DNA of 58,322 nucleotides from a virus. The notes beneath the pieces are model-generated. The model was not told where the DNA came from, ran no database searches, and saw nothing but the letters and a program-made list of their open reading frames with translations. Positions 1-10,292 of the stretch are shown here, piece after piece. The position numbers and the translations under genes are program-made. The stretch lies in IMG/VR virus record IMGVR_UViG_3300034069_001746, one strand, 5' to 3'. The stretch's first letter is position 1. Each line of letters begins with the position of its first letter.

Positions 1-2
1 AC

Positions 3-1244
3 ATCGGTCATAACGATTTTATCTCTTATGGAGAGGTTCCTGCCAAGGATATCAGCCCTAATGATTTTATCATGCAAGGTGATATCCTAACGGCGCTTAA
101 TGAAGACATAGGAGCCCCAGCCTCACACATGACGTTGGGATGTCCTTTGGCGGTAATGGACAAAGGAAGCAACAACACTCACATTCCGTTGGTGAAGACG
201 TTTGAGTGCACCCCTGATCCTCTGCGAGACAAAGGTTATGTATACTCAGAAACTCTTCATTATCTCACCCCCGCCAAACTTCTTATTCCTTATCGCACCA
301 AGATTCACTCAGGTATAGGGCAAGGACTGCGCTTAACTCATCTGCCTAGTCTTAACCTAATTCGGCAAGATCTAACAGGTGACCGATTGAACGTTATCGA
401 TCCCCGACAGGAAATTGTCTTTGACTTGATGTACAAAGACCCAGCCTTTACCAGGCAGCGCAACTTACCATTGCACGATTGGTTAACGGAAGAGCTCACC
501 AAGTTCTTATCGCATTATCCGGTTAATGAACTCAGCTTTCATAAAGAACCAATCATGGCCATGGTGCACAATTATGTAAATCAAGTTGGCCAAACATCAT
601 CTGAACTAAATAGCAACAATCTGAGAAAGATTGTGCAAACAATTACGCCGCCATCCAATCCTGTCCCCTCCCGGTACTTTTCACCCAGACCCATTGAGCG
701 GCATATTGGTGAGTTTCGTCAACACTGTATCAACAGTCCAGTTGATTTTACCGCCAGTGGTAATCTTGATACCGAAACGCTTGATTGTCTTGAGTATAAT
801 TCTCCTGATTTTAAAGATATTTGTGACTTCATTGACCGACTACCTCTAACCGACTTTAATGTCGATCTGGTTGTTAACAGGCATAATGAAGTGGAATTCT
901 ACCATGAACATGTAGCGGTTAATCGGTTCAATCTGTTTGAAGATCAGCAGGCCTTTCGCTACCAGCGCAATGATTTCATGGAGCTTTTTGACTTTCACTT
1001 TATCAATGATCTCTTGGGTAAATTTGTTTACTTTCACGGGGGGATAACGCCTGAAATCATCGATATCATTACCAATGAGCCCATCAAAATCAAGCTGATC
1101 AAAACCATCAGTGACGAAGCGGTTGTGCTGTTATACCGCTATAACGCTGATAGCAATGGACGTCCTCTTTGTGGAGCTTATTTTGACCTAGCTGTTCAAT
1201 CACTATCACCGTTGTCGATTATTCCTGAATCAGTCATCAACTGA
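3..1244 (+). CDS. Hypothetical phage protein, probably truncated at the 5' end by the window edge
   Basis: The frame of ORF 72..1244 is open back to position 3, so the true start may lie upstream of the window. No motif recognised. Confidence 0.6.
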   Translation: MGHNDFISYGEVPAKDISPNDFIMQGDILTALNEDIGAPASHMTLGCPLAVMDKGSNNTHIPLVKTFECTPDPLRDKGYVYSETLHYLTPAKLLIPYRTKIHSGIGQGLRLTHLPSLNLIRQDLTGDRLNVIDPRQEIVFDLMYKDPAFTRQRNLPLHDWLTEELTKFLSHYPVNELSFHKEPIMAMVHNYVNQVGQTSSELNSNNLRKIVQTITPPSNPVPSRYFSPRPIERHIGEFRQHCINSPVDFTASGNLDTETLDCLEYNSPDFKDICDFIDRLPLTDFNVDLVVNRHNEVEFYHEHVAVNRFNLFEDQQAFRYQRNDFMELFDFHFINDLLGKFVYFHGGITPEIIDIITNEPIKIKLIKTISDEAVVLLYRYNADSNGRPLCGAYFDLAVQSLSPLSIIPESVIN

Positions 1245-1245
1245 C

Positions 1246-1266
1246 AATCGCTATATTACTCATCTG
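1246..1266 (+). promoter_or_regulatory. Early (virion RNAP-type) promoter, AATCGC-TATATTAC-N5-TG
   Basis: TATATTAC at 1252-1259 matches the phiKZ early promoter motif. The same extended motif recurs at 7816, 23085, 29407 and 55626, with a variant at 51196. Confidence 0.7.
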
Positions 1267-1295
1267 ATAGTGTAAACCATAAGGAGAACCACGTC

Positions 1296-2981
1296 ATGTC
1301 TCTTAACCTAGGTCCGTCAATGGACAATGCTGGTTTCGGCTTTTCCAGTCAGAATGCCGGCGGGGTCATGGATACCTCGCACGGTGCTATTTTGTACATC
1401 TTTAAGCCTTATCGTGGCCAAATTGGCGACGTCGCAATGCGACCCTTTCAGTACACATTTGATGACAATTTCCTTAACGATGTTGAGGAACGCATGGACT
1501 TGTCTTCCAAGGGTTCTGCGCGAGCAGCAACATTGGTTGATAATCTCATGGATAGTACCAACCTAACCAATTACATGATGCCTTCGCACAAACCAGCGAT
1601 GACGTTTCATGGTAACCACCTTGATCGTAACTATCGGTTTATCCTAATCTTCACCACCAAAGCATCCAGTCTTAATATTGGACAAACGGTGATTGGTGCT
1701 GGCTCCAATGCGATGATCCGGCGAATCTACACGGGATATTTTACTGACGACCCGGTTAACATGGCAACCTTTAGTAGCAATCGTCATACCCTTAATCCTA
1801 ATGCTTACATGGTTATTACGCACAAGACGATTGTTAATAGTGGTATCATGCACAATGCGTACGGCTCAAGGAGCGTCCTTAACACCAAAGCATCAGAAGA
1901 AGTGGTCCACGGACAGATCTCACTTAATCTGACCGGCCTCAACGGTCCTCGTAATGATCTGTATCTGATGACGCCTGAAAATTGCTTTAACTCTATTGTC
2001 AGTGGAGACGGACAAACTCACATTGCGGTACCGGGTGCTTATAGTTCTCTCAATGGAGACAAGGGCGCTAATGTTGTTGCCGATGTGCTAGAGATGCCCA
2101 AGCACAATGTAGCGCAAGTTGTCAGGGGAATGATCCGTTATCGAGACGAAGTAACCACCAAAGAACAGCTCACTATGTATCGTCAGGATCGCTTGTTCGA
2201 CGATGAACTACTCGACGAAGCCCATCACCGGATGAAGATTGCCGGTCATATGGCGCTTCCACGTAGTAATAAAATGGATGAGTTTGATCTAGATCTAGAT
2301 CGACCAGTGTCACCTGTTGATTTGGAAAAACTGGTAAACGGGGATCTTCAGGTTATGCCTTTTGATCTTGAACGGCCGATGTTCTACGAAACAGCCGACC
2401 AGCAAGATCTCTCCATTACCAACATGTATTCATCCCTGATTGTTAGTGTGATTTGTCCACTGATGAGTGCGGCCGGTCTCAATGCCATCCAGTTTACCTA
2501 CGAAATCGCGGATCGTCAAGGTCAGGTCTTTGATGACTTTATTCCCGTCAGCGCAGAACCACTAGTGACCATCAGTAACCCTGATGTGCTCAAAATGGTG
2601 AAAGCTGTATCAGTGGAACTGATCAACGGTGTGTTTGATGTTATCTTCAAATCCAAGGGGGCATTTACGGTGATGGTAAGTGCCAACACCACGGGAATGA
2701 CTATTGTACGATTGAGCTTGATTGGAATGGGATTAACCAACCGAGTCGACTTTGAGATTCCCTCTTGTATGGGAGGATTGATTTCCCCTCTCCTTGGCGA
2801 CGCTGCTTCAAATGCTAATAACTCTGAAGCTGTGGAAGGACTTTACAACACCGCAACAGGAACGCGTGACTTTACGGAAAACGACAAAACCTTCACCAAC
2901 CTGGCGTATGATTTTGCCAACAGCAATGTTGGTGCAATTGATACCGATTGGACAGGTGGTAATGCTGTTGAAATTGATTAA
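1296..2981 (+). CDS. Probable non-virion RNAP sigma-like subunit (phiKZ gp68-like)
   Basis: 561 aa with an AAGGAG RBS. Its position upstream of the nvRNAP beta, beta' and helicase block mirrors phiKZ gp68-gp75. Assignment rests mainly on synteny and size. Confidence 0.5.
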   Translation: MSLNLGPSMDNAGFGFSSQNAGGVMDTSHGAILYIFKPYRGQIGDVAMRPFQYTFDDNFLNDVEERMDLSSKGSARAATLVDNLMDSTNLTNYMMPSHKPAMTFHGNHLDRNYRFILIFTTKASSLNIGQTVIGAGSNAMIRRIYTGYFTDDPVNMATFSSNRHTLNPNAYMVITHKTIVNSGIMHNAYGSRSVLNTKASEEVVHGQISLNLTGLNGPRNDLYLMTPENCFNSIVSGDGQTHIAVPGAYSSLNGDKGANVVADVLEMPKHNVAQVVRGMIRYRDEVTTKEQLTMYRQDRLFDDELLDEAHHRMKIAGHMALPRSNKMDEFDLDLDRPVSPVDLEKLVNGDLQVMPFDLERPMFYETADQQDLSITNMYSSLIVSVICPLMSAAGLNAIQFTYEIADRQGQVFDDFIPVSAEPLVTISNPDVLKMVKAVSVELINGVFDVIFKSKGAFTVMVSANTTGMTIVRLSLIGMGLTNRVDFEIPSCMGGLISPLLGDAASNANNSEAVEGLYNTATGTRDFTENDKTFTNLAYDFANSNVGAIDTDWTGGNAVEID

Positions 2982-3089
2982 CCGCATTAAAAAATATTAT
3001 TAATTACGCTGACAATAATGTAAGGGATCATGGGGAGGGACAACCTTTCCCGTGATTACCTGTAGGATTTTGGCACAAAGGAAATCACC

Positions 3090-4421
3090 ATGGCTGATAC
3101 TGTTTCGGTTAACGATGTAACAACCGATTTGGCATTTTTGATGTCTCTCACCAAGATCATCACGGTGGATGAGCAAAACTTCTGGTACGATCCAGTTACT
3201 AAGAAGCGATTCCTTCATAGTCACGGTGATAGTGACCAAGGTCGCGAAGTGGCATTGTTTCAGGATCCCATGCCTCGGGGTGACGTGCTGTTCTTTAATC
3301 CTTTTGCAGAAGGTTTTGGAGGAAAGTCACCAGCGGTTAATGTCTATTACCGTTTGATCCGTATTGCGGCCAATCTCGATCTACGCACGGCTATGATGTT
3401 TGTGGTGCAGTCGATCTATAACGCTAAGGTGACGGCTGCTGAAGGAAGCGATTATTCGATTTCTCACATCGTTACACGGATGAGTTCAGTACCGGTAGAT
3501 CGTAAAACAAGCTTGTATGATCTGTGTGATGAAAAACTGGTTGATGAGTTCACTAAGCTTTTTGATCGCACTAATGATGAAACATTCTTTGTTCCATATT
3601 TGCCTCAGCAAACCAAGGGATCGGTAAAGATCGATGCTCTAACCGATCCCACGTGGGATGAGAAATACGGTAAGGATATTCGTAAAAAGAGCCTGCTAGC
3701 TTTTAAGACCGTGTTGATGGGTGTTCTTGGTATCAATAAGGTTGAAGAACTTAGTCAGTTTACGGTTAAGTATGATCCTACCTTGAAAACGTCGGCAAAG
3801 TTTTATACCATTTTGTCGGTGTACCAGCGCCTCTATACGCGGTTCAATGATATTCTTCCTGAAGCTTATGCCGCCTCCAATGGGGGTGAGGCCAAAGACG
3901 ATGAGGGGATTAACCTAGAAGAACTAGGAGCTGTTATTGAACGGTTTCCGCAATCCTATACGTTTGCTAAGCATATGGTCCAACCAGCGCCGGTAAGCAA
4001 GGGAGCAACTGATACCACCGTTAGTGACACCAGTGGTTTGCGTATCGGTGGTGCTGGGGCACCAAGGCGATTTGCTGGGCCTGAGATTGTTGACAGTTTT
4101 GGCCGCCGGGGTCTTCCGGCTCAACCCCTCCAATTGGGGGGCAACGCTGGTCAGCCGGTTCAAGCCCAAAGTCGCTTTAAACCCCATGTGATCAACGCTC
4201 AAGCTGTTGATCCTTTTGCGCCTGCTGTTCGTTCGTCAAACAGTGACGCCTTTGGCGGTGGATTGCAGTTAGGTACCACTAACTTTGGTGGTCAGTTCGG
4301 TAATCGATCGCAATTTGGCGACAACCAATACACCAACCAAGGCTTTGGTTTTAGCGGTGGTGGTCTTGATCTAAACGCCCCTTCTAACTTTGGTTCGTCT
4401 GGGAGTCGTCGATTCTTCTAA
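3090..4421 (+). CDS. Conserved jumbo-phage protein; candidate phage-nucleus import factor (gp69/PicA/Imp1-like)
   Basis: Directly follows the gp68-like gene. Folded N-terminal region (FFNPFAE) followed by a G/F/N/Q-rich low-complexity tail. Synteny-based inference. Confidence 0.4.
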   Translation: MADTVSVNDVTTDLAFLMSLTKIITVDEQNFWYDPVTKKRFLHSHGDSDQGREVALFQDPMPRGDVLFFNPFAEGFGGKSPAVNVYYRLIRIAANLDLRTAMMFVVQSIYNAKVTAAEGSDYSISHIVTRMSSVPVDRKTSLYDLCDEKLVDEFTKLFDRTNDETFFVPYLPQQTKGSVKIDALTDPTWDEKYGKDIRKKSLLAFKTVLMGVLGINKVEELSQFTVKYDPTLKTSAKFYTILSVYQRLYTRFNDILPEAYAASNGGEAKDDEGINLEELGAVIERFPQSYTFAKHMVQPAPVSKGATDTTVSDTSGLRIGGAGAPRRFAGPEIVDSFGRRGLPAQPLQLGGNAGQPVQAQSRFKPHVINAQAVDPFAPAVRSSNSDAFGGGLQLGTTNFGGQFGNRSQFGDNQYTNQGFGFSGGGLDLNAPSNFGSSGSRRFF

Positions 4422-4425
4422 AGAA

Positions 4426-4461
4426 AAGAGTAGGAGGTAGGGATCCCTACCTCCTACTCTT
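4426..4461. terminator. 36-bp perfect palindrome, probable terminator
   Basis: AAGAGTAGGAGGTAGGGA|TCCCTACCTCCTACTCTT immediately after the stop codon at 4421. Confidence 0.8.
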
Positions 4462-4479
4462 ACTGGCAGATAAGGAGAC

Positions 4480-5658
4480 ATGATGCTTGTTGATATTCAA
4501 AAAATGCCTCCTGCTTTTGGGGTTCCTAGTGATCGCCGTTTACATGTATACACAGGACCACAATTAGAATCACACGTATTATCACCCTATGTTTATTGGC
4601 CTAGTGTTCCTTTGTACCATAATAAACTTAGTGTAGGATCCTTGATTAATCAAGCTCCCACTAATCTTTACAAAGCAGTGCATACTAGCACAGATGGCTT
4701 GTGGATTTTTGAATCAGTATTTTCCACCGAAACAGACATAGGAAATAAACCTTTATGGTTAAATCTTTACACAAAAATTATCAGCAACACTAGTAGCAAC
4801 ATTGCTATCTCTTTACGGTCAGTGGAATTTTATCAGGATAGTAAAGGATCATTGTCGACCCTTACCAATCTGATTGCTCCCCTTCACCGTAACTATGAAA
4901 ACATGTACACAACAGCTCTTGCTTTTACCTCAACTGCCAGTGATCTGATTGTTCCTCCCTTGTTGGATGAAAAATCGCTGTGGACCATGATTGATCGTAT
5001 CACTGACATTAGATCACGAGGGATTAGTCCTGATCAGTTTGGTCTTGTTTATAAACCATTGTACGATCATGAACCACGATTGTTTGAAGCCTTAATGCAA
5101 GGTAATTTTAGTCGTTCTCCTTTTTATGATTTACCAGGATATCACCCCTCATTAATGATTCATCAGGAACGATGGTTCTTATACGAAGAAGTACGAAATC
5201 ATTCAGAAGCCAGAGGTTTTGATGTTAAGATCAACCATCCTGGCTTTGATGTACTTGCCCTTGAAATGGTTAATTTGTTTGCTGGTAAGATTTCTCTTCA
5301 ATGTTTGATGACCCATGCTATCGATGGTCTAAAAGATATCTGGTTAACCAAAAACTACCATAATCCTTACCATTATTATTTTCAACACAGTAGCAGCACT
5401 CATTTCTTTAGTCAGCGGCTAGAATCAATTTTCTATCAAAGTGTAATGACCTACTGTCGAATCTATTCAATCGATAGTGATATGTTCCTAGATGGTGTTT
5501 CATTACGGTCTTCAGAAACCTCTTCGATCACTATTACCAAGAATCACTATGATGAAGTAGTGTTCACGTTCCACGACACTTTAAATCATCGCTATGTGTC
5601 GTTCTATAGTTCTTTTCCCACCTTGATGCTGTCCACCCTAGCTGTTGGATCGTATTGA
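4480..5658 (+). CDS. Hypothetical protein
   Basis: 392-aa ORF with an AAGGAG RBS; no motif recognised. Confidence 0.7.
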   Translation: MMLVDIQKMPPAFGVPSDRRLHVYTGPQLESHVLSPYVYWPSVPLYHNKLSVGSLINQAPTNLYKAVHTSTDGLWIFESVFSTETDIGNKPLWLNLYTKIISNTSSNIAISLRSVEFYQDSKGSLSTLTNLIAPLHRNYENMYTTALAFTSTASDLIVPPLLDEKSLWTMIDRITDIRSRGISPDQFGLVYKPLYDHEPRLFEALMQGNFSRSPFYDLPGYHPSLMIHQERWFLYEEVRNHSEARGFDVKINHPGFDVLALEMVNLFAGKISLQCLMTHAIDGLKDIWLTKNYHNPYHYYFQHSSSTHFFSQRLESIFYQSVMTYCRIYSIDSDMFLDGVSLRSSETSSITITKNHYDEVVFTFHDTLNHRYVSFYSSFPTLMLSTLAVGSY

Positions 5659-5759
5659 TCTTTAAAAGGATGATGCTATCGGTCATCCTTTTATTTTTTT
5701 GCGTAGAGAATTGACTTTAATGCTATTGATATCCTTTTTTATAGAATGAACGTGTTACC

Positions 5760-6803
5760 ATGGACCCTATTAAAAAACCTATTCGTACCAGTCCCTACAC
5801 TGTTTATAGCGGCATTGCCGCAGAAGATATTGCTAAAGATGCCATTGAACTTCAGGTTATCTGTCCAGAGCTTACGCCTCACGCCCCCTTTGGGACGGTG
5901 GGCGCAGGCATTACGCAAACACCTATTTCCCTTACCACCAGAGACGGAAACGCCATTGCTGCCTCGGTGACTACCGCTAACCACCTAGTCTGTACATGGG
6001 AGGGTTCGTCCAACACACGTGTTCCCCCCATGATCAGAAAAGGTGAACCTGTTGAGGTATATAAAAACACCACCCAGGATAAATTCTACTGGAAGGCAAC
6101 GGGGCGTGGTCGGGACTTTCGAACAACTGATCGTGTTCACATGGAAGTGGCTGCTACCGATCCGACAAAACCAGGGGTGACCAAAGACGACACTAACACT
6201 TATAGCGGATGGATGGATTCAGATGCTCAGACCATGGGGCTCAAGAATTCTAAAGCCAATGGAGAAGCCGTTGCTTTTTCCTGCCAATTTGATTTAAAAA
6301 AAGGTATTTTTCATCTGTCGGATGATAGTGCTGATCCTGCTAACCGTATCTATCTAGACACCGGTACTGTGTCTGGTACTCCAGCGTTTCAGGTTAACCT
6401 ATCGTCAGGTGCAACCTTTAAATTTGAAGGCGACAATGCTTTCATTAAAGTTCCTGGTAAATTTGAAATTGATGCAGGAGACAGAATTATCTTCAATGCT
6501 CCTCTTACTGTTTTCAATCTGACCAAAGCGGGAACCTTTATTGTTAATGCTTCATCCCTTGCCTTTAATGCCGCTAAAGATCTAGTCATAACAGCTGGTA
6601 ATGTGGTAGGTATCAATGCGGCTTCCACCAAAGTATCAGGATTCCTTGGAACAGCAATGCTTCGTGCTACCAATGCCGTTAAAGGGGCTTTTGGGAGTGG
6701 TTATGAGTCCAGTAATGTCAGCAGTCCCGAAGATGGTAGTGTCACGGCTGTCAGCAACAATGCCGACACTGACATGACAGGTTTTCCTTATCAAAGTGAG
6801 TAA
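5760..6803 (+). CDS. Baseplate central spike / tail-tip protein (phiKZ-like)
   Basis: N-terminal region PPMIRKGEPVEVY...DKFYW followed by beta-strand repeats (KFEIDAGDRIIFNA, LAFNAAKDLVITAG), as in gp5/gpV-type spikes. Confidence 0.6.
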   Translation: MDPIKKPIRTSPYTVYSGIAAEDIAKDAIELQVICPELTPHAPFGTVGAGITQTPISLTTRDGNAIAASVTTANHLVCTWEGSSNTRVPPMIRKGEPVEVYKNTTQDKFYWKATGRGRDFRTTDRVHMEVAATDPTKPGVTKDDTNTYSGWMDSDAQTMGLKNSKANGEAVAFSCQFDLKKGIFHLSDDSADPANRIYLDTGTVSGTPAFQVNLSSGATFKFEGDNAFIKVPGKFEIDAGDRIIFNAPLTVFNLTKAGTFIVNASSLAFNAAKDLVITAGNVVGINAASTKVSGFLGTAMLRATNAVKGAFGSGYESSNVSSPEDGSVTAVSNNADTDMTGFPYQSE

Positions 6804-7344
6804 CACCATGGCTTCTAGTTTATTTATTTATCAAAACCCTTTTGTGGTTAAAGATACCTCAAGTGAACGAGATCAATATCTTTTTGATTATTTATCAGAA
6901 CAAGAAAGAACTGATGAAAAAACAATATTAAGCATGCTGTTAAGCTTTGCTGTAACCCATGAACTATTGAAACACATTAACGCTCAAACCACAGGATCCA
7001 CCTCAAATAACATGGGGTCATGGAAGTGGATCGTTAGTTGGACTAATTTTAGATCGTTAGTGGAGCAAGAGACATTCTACAAAGTTCTTGGTAGTTTACA
7101 AGCTGACGATCAGCACGCACTTGGTTTAGTTATTGATCTACACGTGAGGATGGGAAGTTTATTCCACCCCAAGTTACTTAACACTTTAACCAATCGGATT
7201 ATTCAATCGGTGAAACTTATTCCGCATGACACAGTCAATGAAAACATCATGACGTGGGAGGACATTCACCAACAAGCCCCCTTTATGTGGGTGCTTATTC
7301 TTTTACAAGTTGTTATTAAATCGCACAACGGAACCAATGTGTAA
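6796..7344 (+). CDS. Hypothetical protein
   Basis: 182-aa ORF overlapping the spike gene stop codon. Confidence 0.65.
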   Translation: MSNTMASSLFIYQNPFVVKDTSSERDQYLFDYLSEQERTDEKTILSMLLSFAVTHELLKHINAQTTGSTSNNMGSWKWIVSWTNFRSLVEQETFYKVLGSLQADDQHALGLVIDLHVRMGSLFHPKLLNTLTNRIIQSVKLIPHDTVNENIMTWEDIHQQAPFMWVLILLQVVIKSHNGTNV

Positions 7345-7345
7345 A

Positions 7346-7373
7346 CTAAGAGAGGGATAACACCCTCTCTTAG
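7346..7373. terminator. Bidirectional hairpin between convergent genes
   Basis: CTAAGAGAGGG-ataaca-CCCTCTCTTAG. Confidence 0.75.
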
Positions 7374-7382
7374 CTTTCCTTT

Positions 7383-7721
7383 TTAAGAATTAGCTACAAT
7401 GGCGATGTAGACGTGATAAAGATCGTTGATAAGTCTATCGGTAGGTATCTTGTAATTACCAGGCTGGTCGAAATCAAAGTCATTAGCCATGTCGTTTAAA
7501 AGAAGCACAATCCAAGCAATATCTAACTGACGGCTAAGTTCATTCTTTAAATAACGGGTAAGATCATATCTGTACTGATTGATTAGAACCGCATCAATCG
7601 TGAAACTTTGGGACTGGCCGGCGATATAGTCTAGGTGATCTAAAACATATTGCCGCCAGGTAGCCTGATCGTCACTTAAACTATTTTGCTGGCTCGCTGC
7701 TAACAAATCTGATAATGACAT
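7383..7721 (-). CDS. Small protein, possibly baseplate wedge (T4 gp53/LysM-like)
   Basis: Pattern YRYDL...AWIVLLLN...YKIP. Confidence 0.4.
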   Translation of the reverse strand: MSLSDLLAASQQNSLSDDQATWRQYVLDHLDYIAGQSQSFTIDAVLINQYRYDLTRYLKNELSRQLDIAWIVLLLNDMANDFDFDQPGNYKIPTDRLINDLYHVYIAIVANS

Positions 7722-7809
7722 AATTAGAAGATCCTTTTGTTGAAAAGTTTGTGTTGATTGAAATAAATGCCTTTAAGGCTACAGATCATGTGTATATTCA
7801 GTGTGTGCG

Positions 7810-7830
7810 AATCGCTATATTACTTAGGTG
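7810..7830 (+). promoter_or_regulatory. Early promoter, AATCGC-TATATTAC-N5-TG
   Basis: TATATTAC at 7816-7823, upstream of the RNAP beta gene. Confidence 0.7.
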
Positions 7831-7864
7831 ATTATTCGTAACTAACCCCGAAAGGATATTTGTT

Positions 7865-10219
7865 ATGCTGAACGATGATCATCCCTACATCGGTAACGTT
7901 CAAGCTGATCCCCGGCTTATCGGGGTACCTAATGTCTTTTCACCTTTTACCCAATTCAACAGTGCTCCTCGCATTGCGATGTTTGGTCATCATCTTGCCC
8001 AAACTATGGTTATTGACAAGCCTGAGTTTAACAAAGCGTTCACAGGCATGGAACATCACTTAATTGATTACACGTTTAACTCTTCAAAACGTGATCATTT
8101 GTGTGAAGTAATTGCTGTTATTCCCAAATACAGAGAGCCATTGATCAATCGTGATGTGTGTCCTCAGTTTTATGCAATTGTACTGACGTTGGATGAACCC
8201 AATGGTGAACAACGCCTAGACTATTTCACCGTGGACCGCTACTTCATGGGACAGAATGGGTTTGGCTGGATTCCCACATTTGCTAATGTAGGTTTGGTGA
8301 AGCCTGGTGAAATCATCGAAAAACATATTCCCATTACTCATTCACCCGCCGTCCGCGATGACCAATATTGTCTGGGAGCCAATCTTAACACCATTTATGG
8401 ATCGTTCCCTGAGACCATTGAAGACGCTTTTATTATCTCTGAAAGTGCTGCAGCAAAGCTCACTACTCAGCAAGTTTCGCAAATCACGATTAACTGTCGC
8501 CAAGATCGCCGACCCTTGAATCTGAATGGTAACGAATACGAAGATAAGTTTCTTCCATCGCTAGGTTCTCATGTTCGTGATGATGGAGCATTGTGCGCTT
8601 TTCGTCCTATTCATTGGACCACCTGTATTGCTGATGGAGATCCTGAGGCTCTACGGGAACCTCTGCCTTTTCAAGACGATATCATCTACATCGAACCCGG
8701 TGCAAAGATTGTTGATATCACCTTTAACATCAATCGTGCTAAACTTAACAGTAACAATTACTACGAACAAGCCCTTCAGTACAATGTTAACAACACCCGG
8801 TGTTGGGAAGACATCTACAATACTTACATGAAATATAAGGGGAAATATAAGCTCACCCCTAAGATGTCAACCTTGGTTACTACGTCTATTTACCGTATGA
8901 TTGCCCAAGGAACACATGTACCTTCATTCCAAAATGATGAGGTGTTTCGTAAGGCTGCTCGTAACTTTGATGTGGAAGGCGTTAACGGTCATACGGTTGA
9001 TTTCATGCAAGTGGTGGTGGCGTACACGGTTCCTCGCTTTGTCAGTAACGGCAGCAAGCTTAGTGATTTAGGCGGCGCGAAAGGCGTGGTGGGTAAGATC
9101 TATCCTGATCACGCCATGCCGGTTGATGAATATGGTATTCGAGCCGATTTGTGGATTGATGCTAGTTCGCCAGTCAGCAGAAACAATCCTGGTCAGCTGT
9201 ACGAAACCGGGGTTAATCGCATCAACGAATTTGTTCGGCGTAAATGTGAAACGGTGTATAAGGTACAGGGTTCTGACCCAGCGTTTGAAACGTTGATGGA
9301 CTGGTACAACGATGTTAATCCTAATTACGCCAAGCTTATTGAAGATAATTGCCATAACTTTAAAGACCGCGCCAATGTTGTTGAAGACGCTATTGCGGAT
9401 TCACCTAAGCTTTGGATTCCGCCGTTTCTGAATTCATTAACGCCAAAGCCTGATGATTTTTGGCATGCGTTGAAAAACATTAAAGCATGGGCAACTAAAT
9501 GGGACGTTAAACCATCACGCGTTACGTACAAATCTCTTCAGGCTGATGGAAGCTGGAGAGAATTTGTTACCGAATCAAAATTCTCGATTGGATCAAAATA
9601 CGTCATTCATCTCCATAAGCTTCCCGAGATCTTTGCCCCAGGTCCTGCAGCGGTTAACCATATCGGCGTCCCTACTAAATCGACGTTTGAAACAAAACAT
9701 TACCCGGTCACGGTTAACCCTTACCGCTTCGGTGAAGACGAATTACGGGTCATGGCCATGGACACCGATATCAATGAAGTGACTAGGTTCCAGAACTTGT
9801 TTTCTAATTCACCCCTGGGTGTTAACACAACCATTCAAGCGTTGTTGACCACGCCTGATCCCACCCGTATTAAACGAATCAACGTTAGCAACGGTGATCT
9901 GTTACGAAGCAGTGCGGTGTTGAAACTGTTTCACAGTATCACAGCGACACTCGGGATTGAAACCAAGAACACTAAAACAGAACCCTTTGATGTTCCTGAT
10001 TGGCTAGCTGATTCTATCTGGGCTACTGATTTTGAAAAGGGGATTGATGGAAGAATTAGCGGAAGTGATGATGAAGAGCGATCCATTAAACGTGCCACTG
10101 CTAAACGTGGTAAAGTACAAAAGATGATCGAGTCGATTGACACGGATAGTGAACTAGATAGTGATGATGAAGAGCTAGAAGAAACCCTTGATCTAGCAGA
10201 AGATGGTAGTGCGGACTAA
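7865..10219 (+). CDS. Non-virion RNA polymerase beta-like subunit, C-terminal part (phiKZ gp71-73-like)
   Basis: RpoB C-terminal motifs IEDAFIISES, GSKLSDLGGAKGVV, MPVDEYGIRADL, SRNNPGQLYE and RFGEDE; acidic tail. Confidence 0.9.
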   Translation: MLNDDHPYIGNVQADPRLIGVPNVFSPFTQFNSAPRIAMFGHHLAQTMVIDKPEFNKAFTGMEHHLIDYTFNSSKRDHLCEVIAVIPKYREPLINRDVCPQFYAIVLTLDEPNGEQRLDYFTVDRYFMGQNGFGWIPTFANVGLVKPGEIIEKHIPITHSPAVRDDQYCLGANLNTIYGSFPETIEDAFIISESAAAKLTTQQVSQITINCRQDRRPLNLNGNEYEDKFLPSLGSHVRDDGALCAFRPIHWTTCIADGDPEALREPLPFQDDIIYIEPGAKIVDITFNINRAKLNSNNYYEQALQYNVNNTRCWEDIYNTYMKYKGKYKLTPKMSTLVTTSIYRMIAQGTHVPSFQNDEVFRKAARNFDVEGVNGHTVDFMQVVVAYTVPRFVSNGSKLSDLGGAKGVVGKIYPDHAMPVDEYGIRADLWIDASSPVSRNNPGQLYETGVNRINEFVRRKCETVYKVQGSDPAFETLMDWYNDVNPNYAKLIEDNCHNFKDRANVVEDAIADSPKLWIPPFLNSLTPKPDDFWHALKNIKAWATKWDVKPSRVTYKSLQADGSWREFVTESKFSIGSKYVIHLHKLPEIFAPGPAAVNHIGVPTKSTFETKHYPVTVNPYRFGEDELRVMAMDTDINEVTRFQNLFSNSPLGVNTTIQALLTTPDPTRIKRINVSNGDLLRSSAVLKLFHSITATLGIETKNTKTEPFDVPDWLADSIWATDFEKGIDGRISGSDDEERSIKRATAKRGKVQKMIESIDTDSELDSDDEELEETLDLAEDGSAD

Positions 10220-10292
10220 ATACCTGAACAAGGGGGATTCTTGGTTTAAGAAATTCCCCTTTACCCTCACTTTTTAAAAAGGATCAAGGACA

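Noticed and set aside
7865-10219. Intron splitting the nvRNAP beta subunit, as in phiKZ gp71-73
   Set aside because: The ORF is continuous here.
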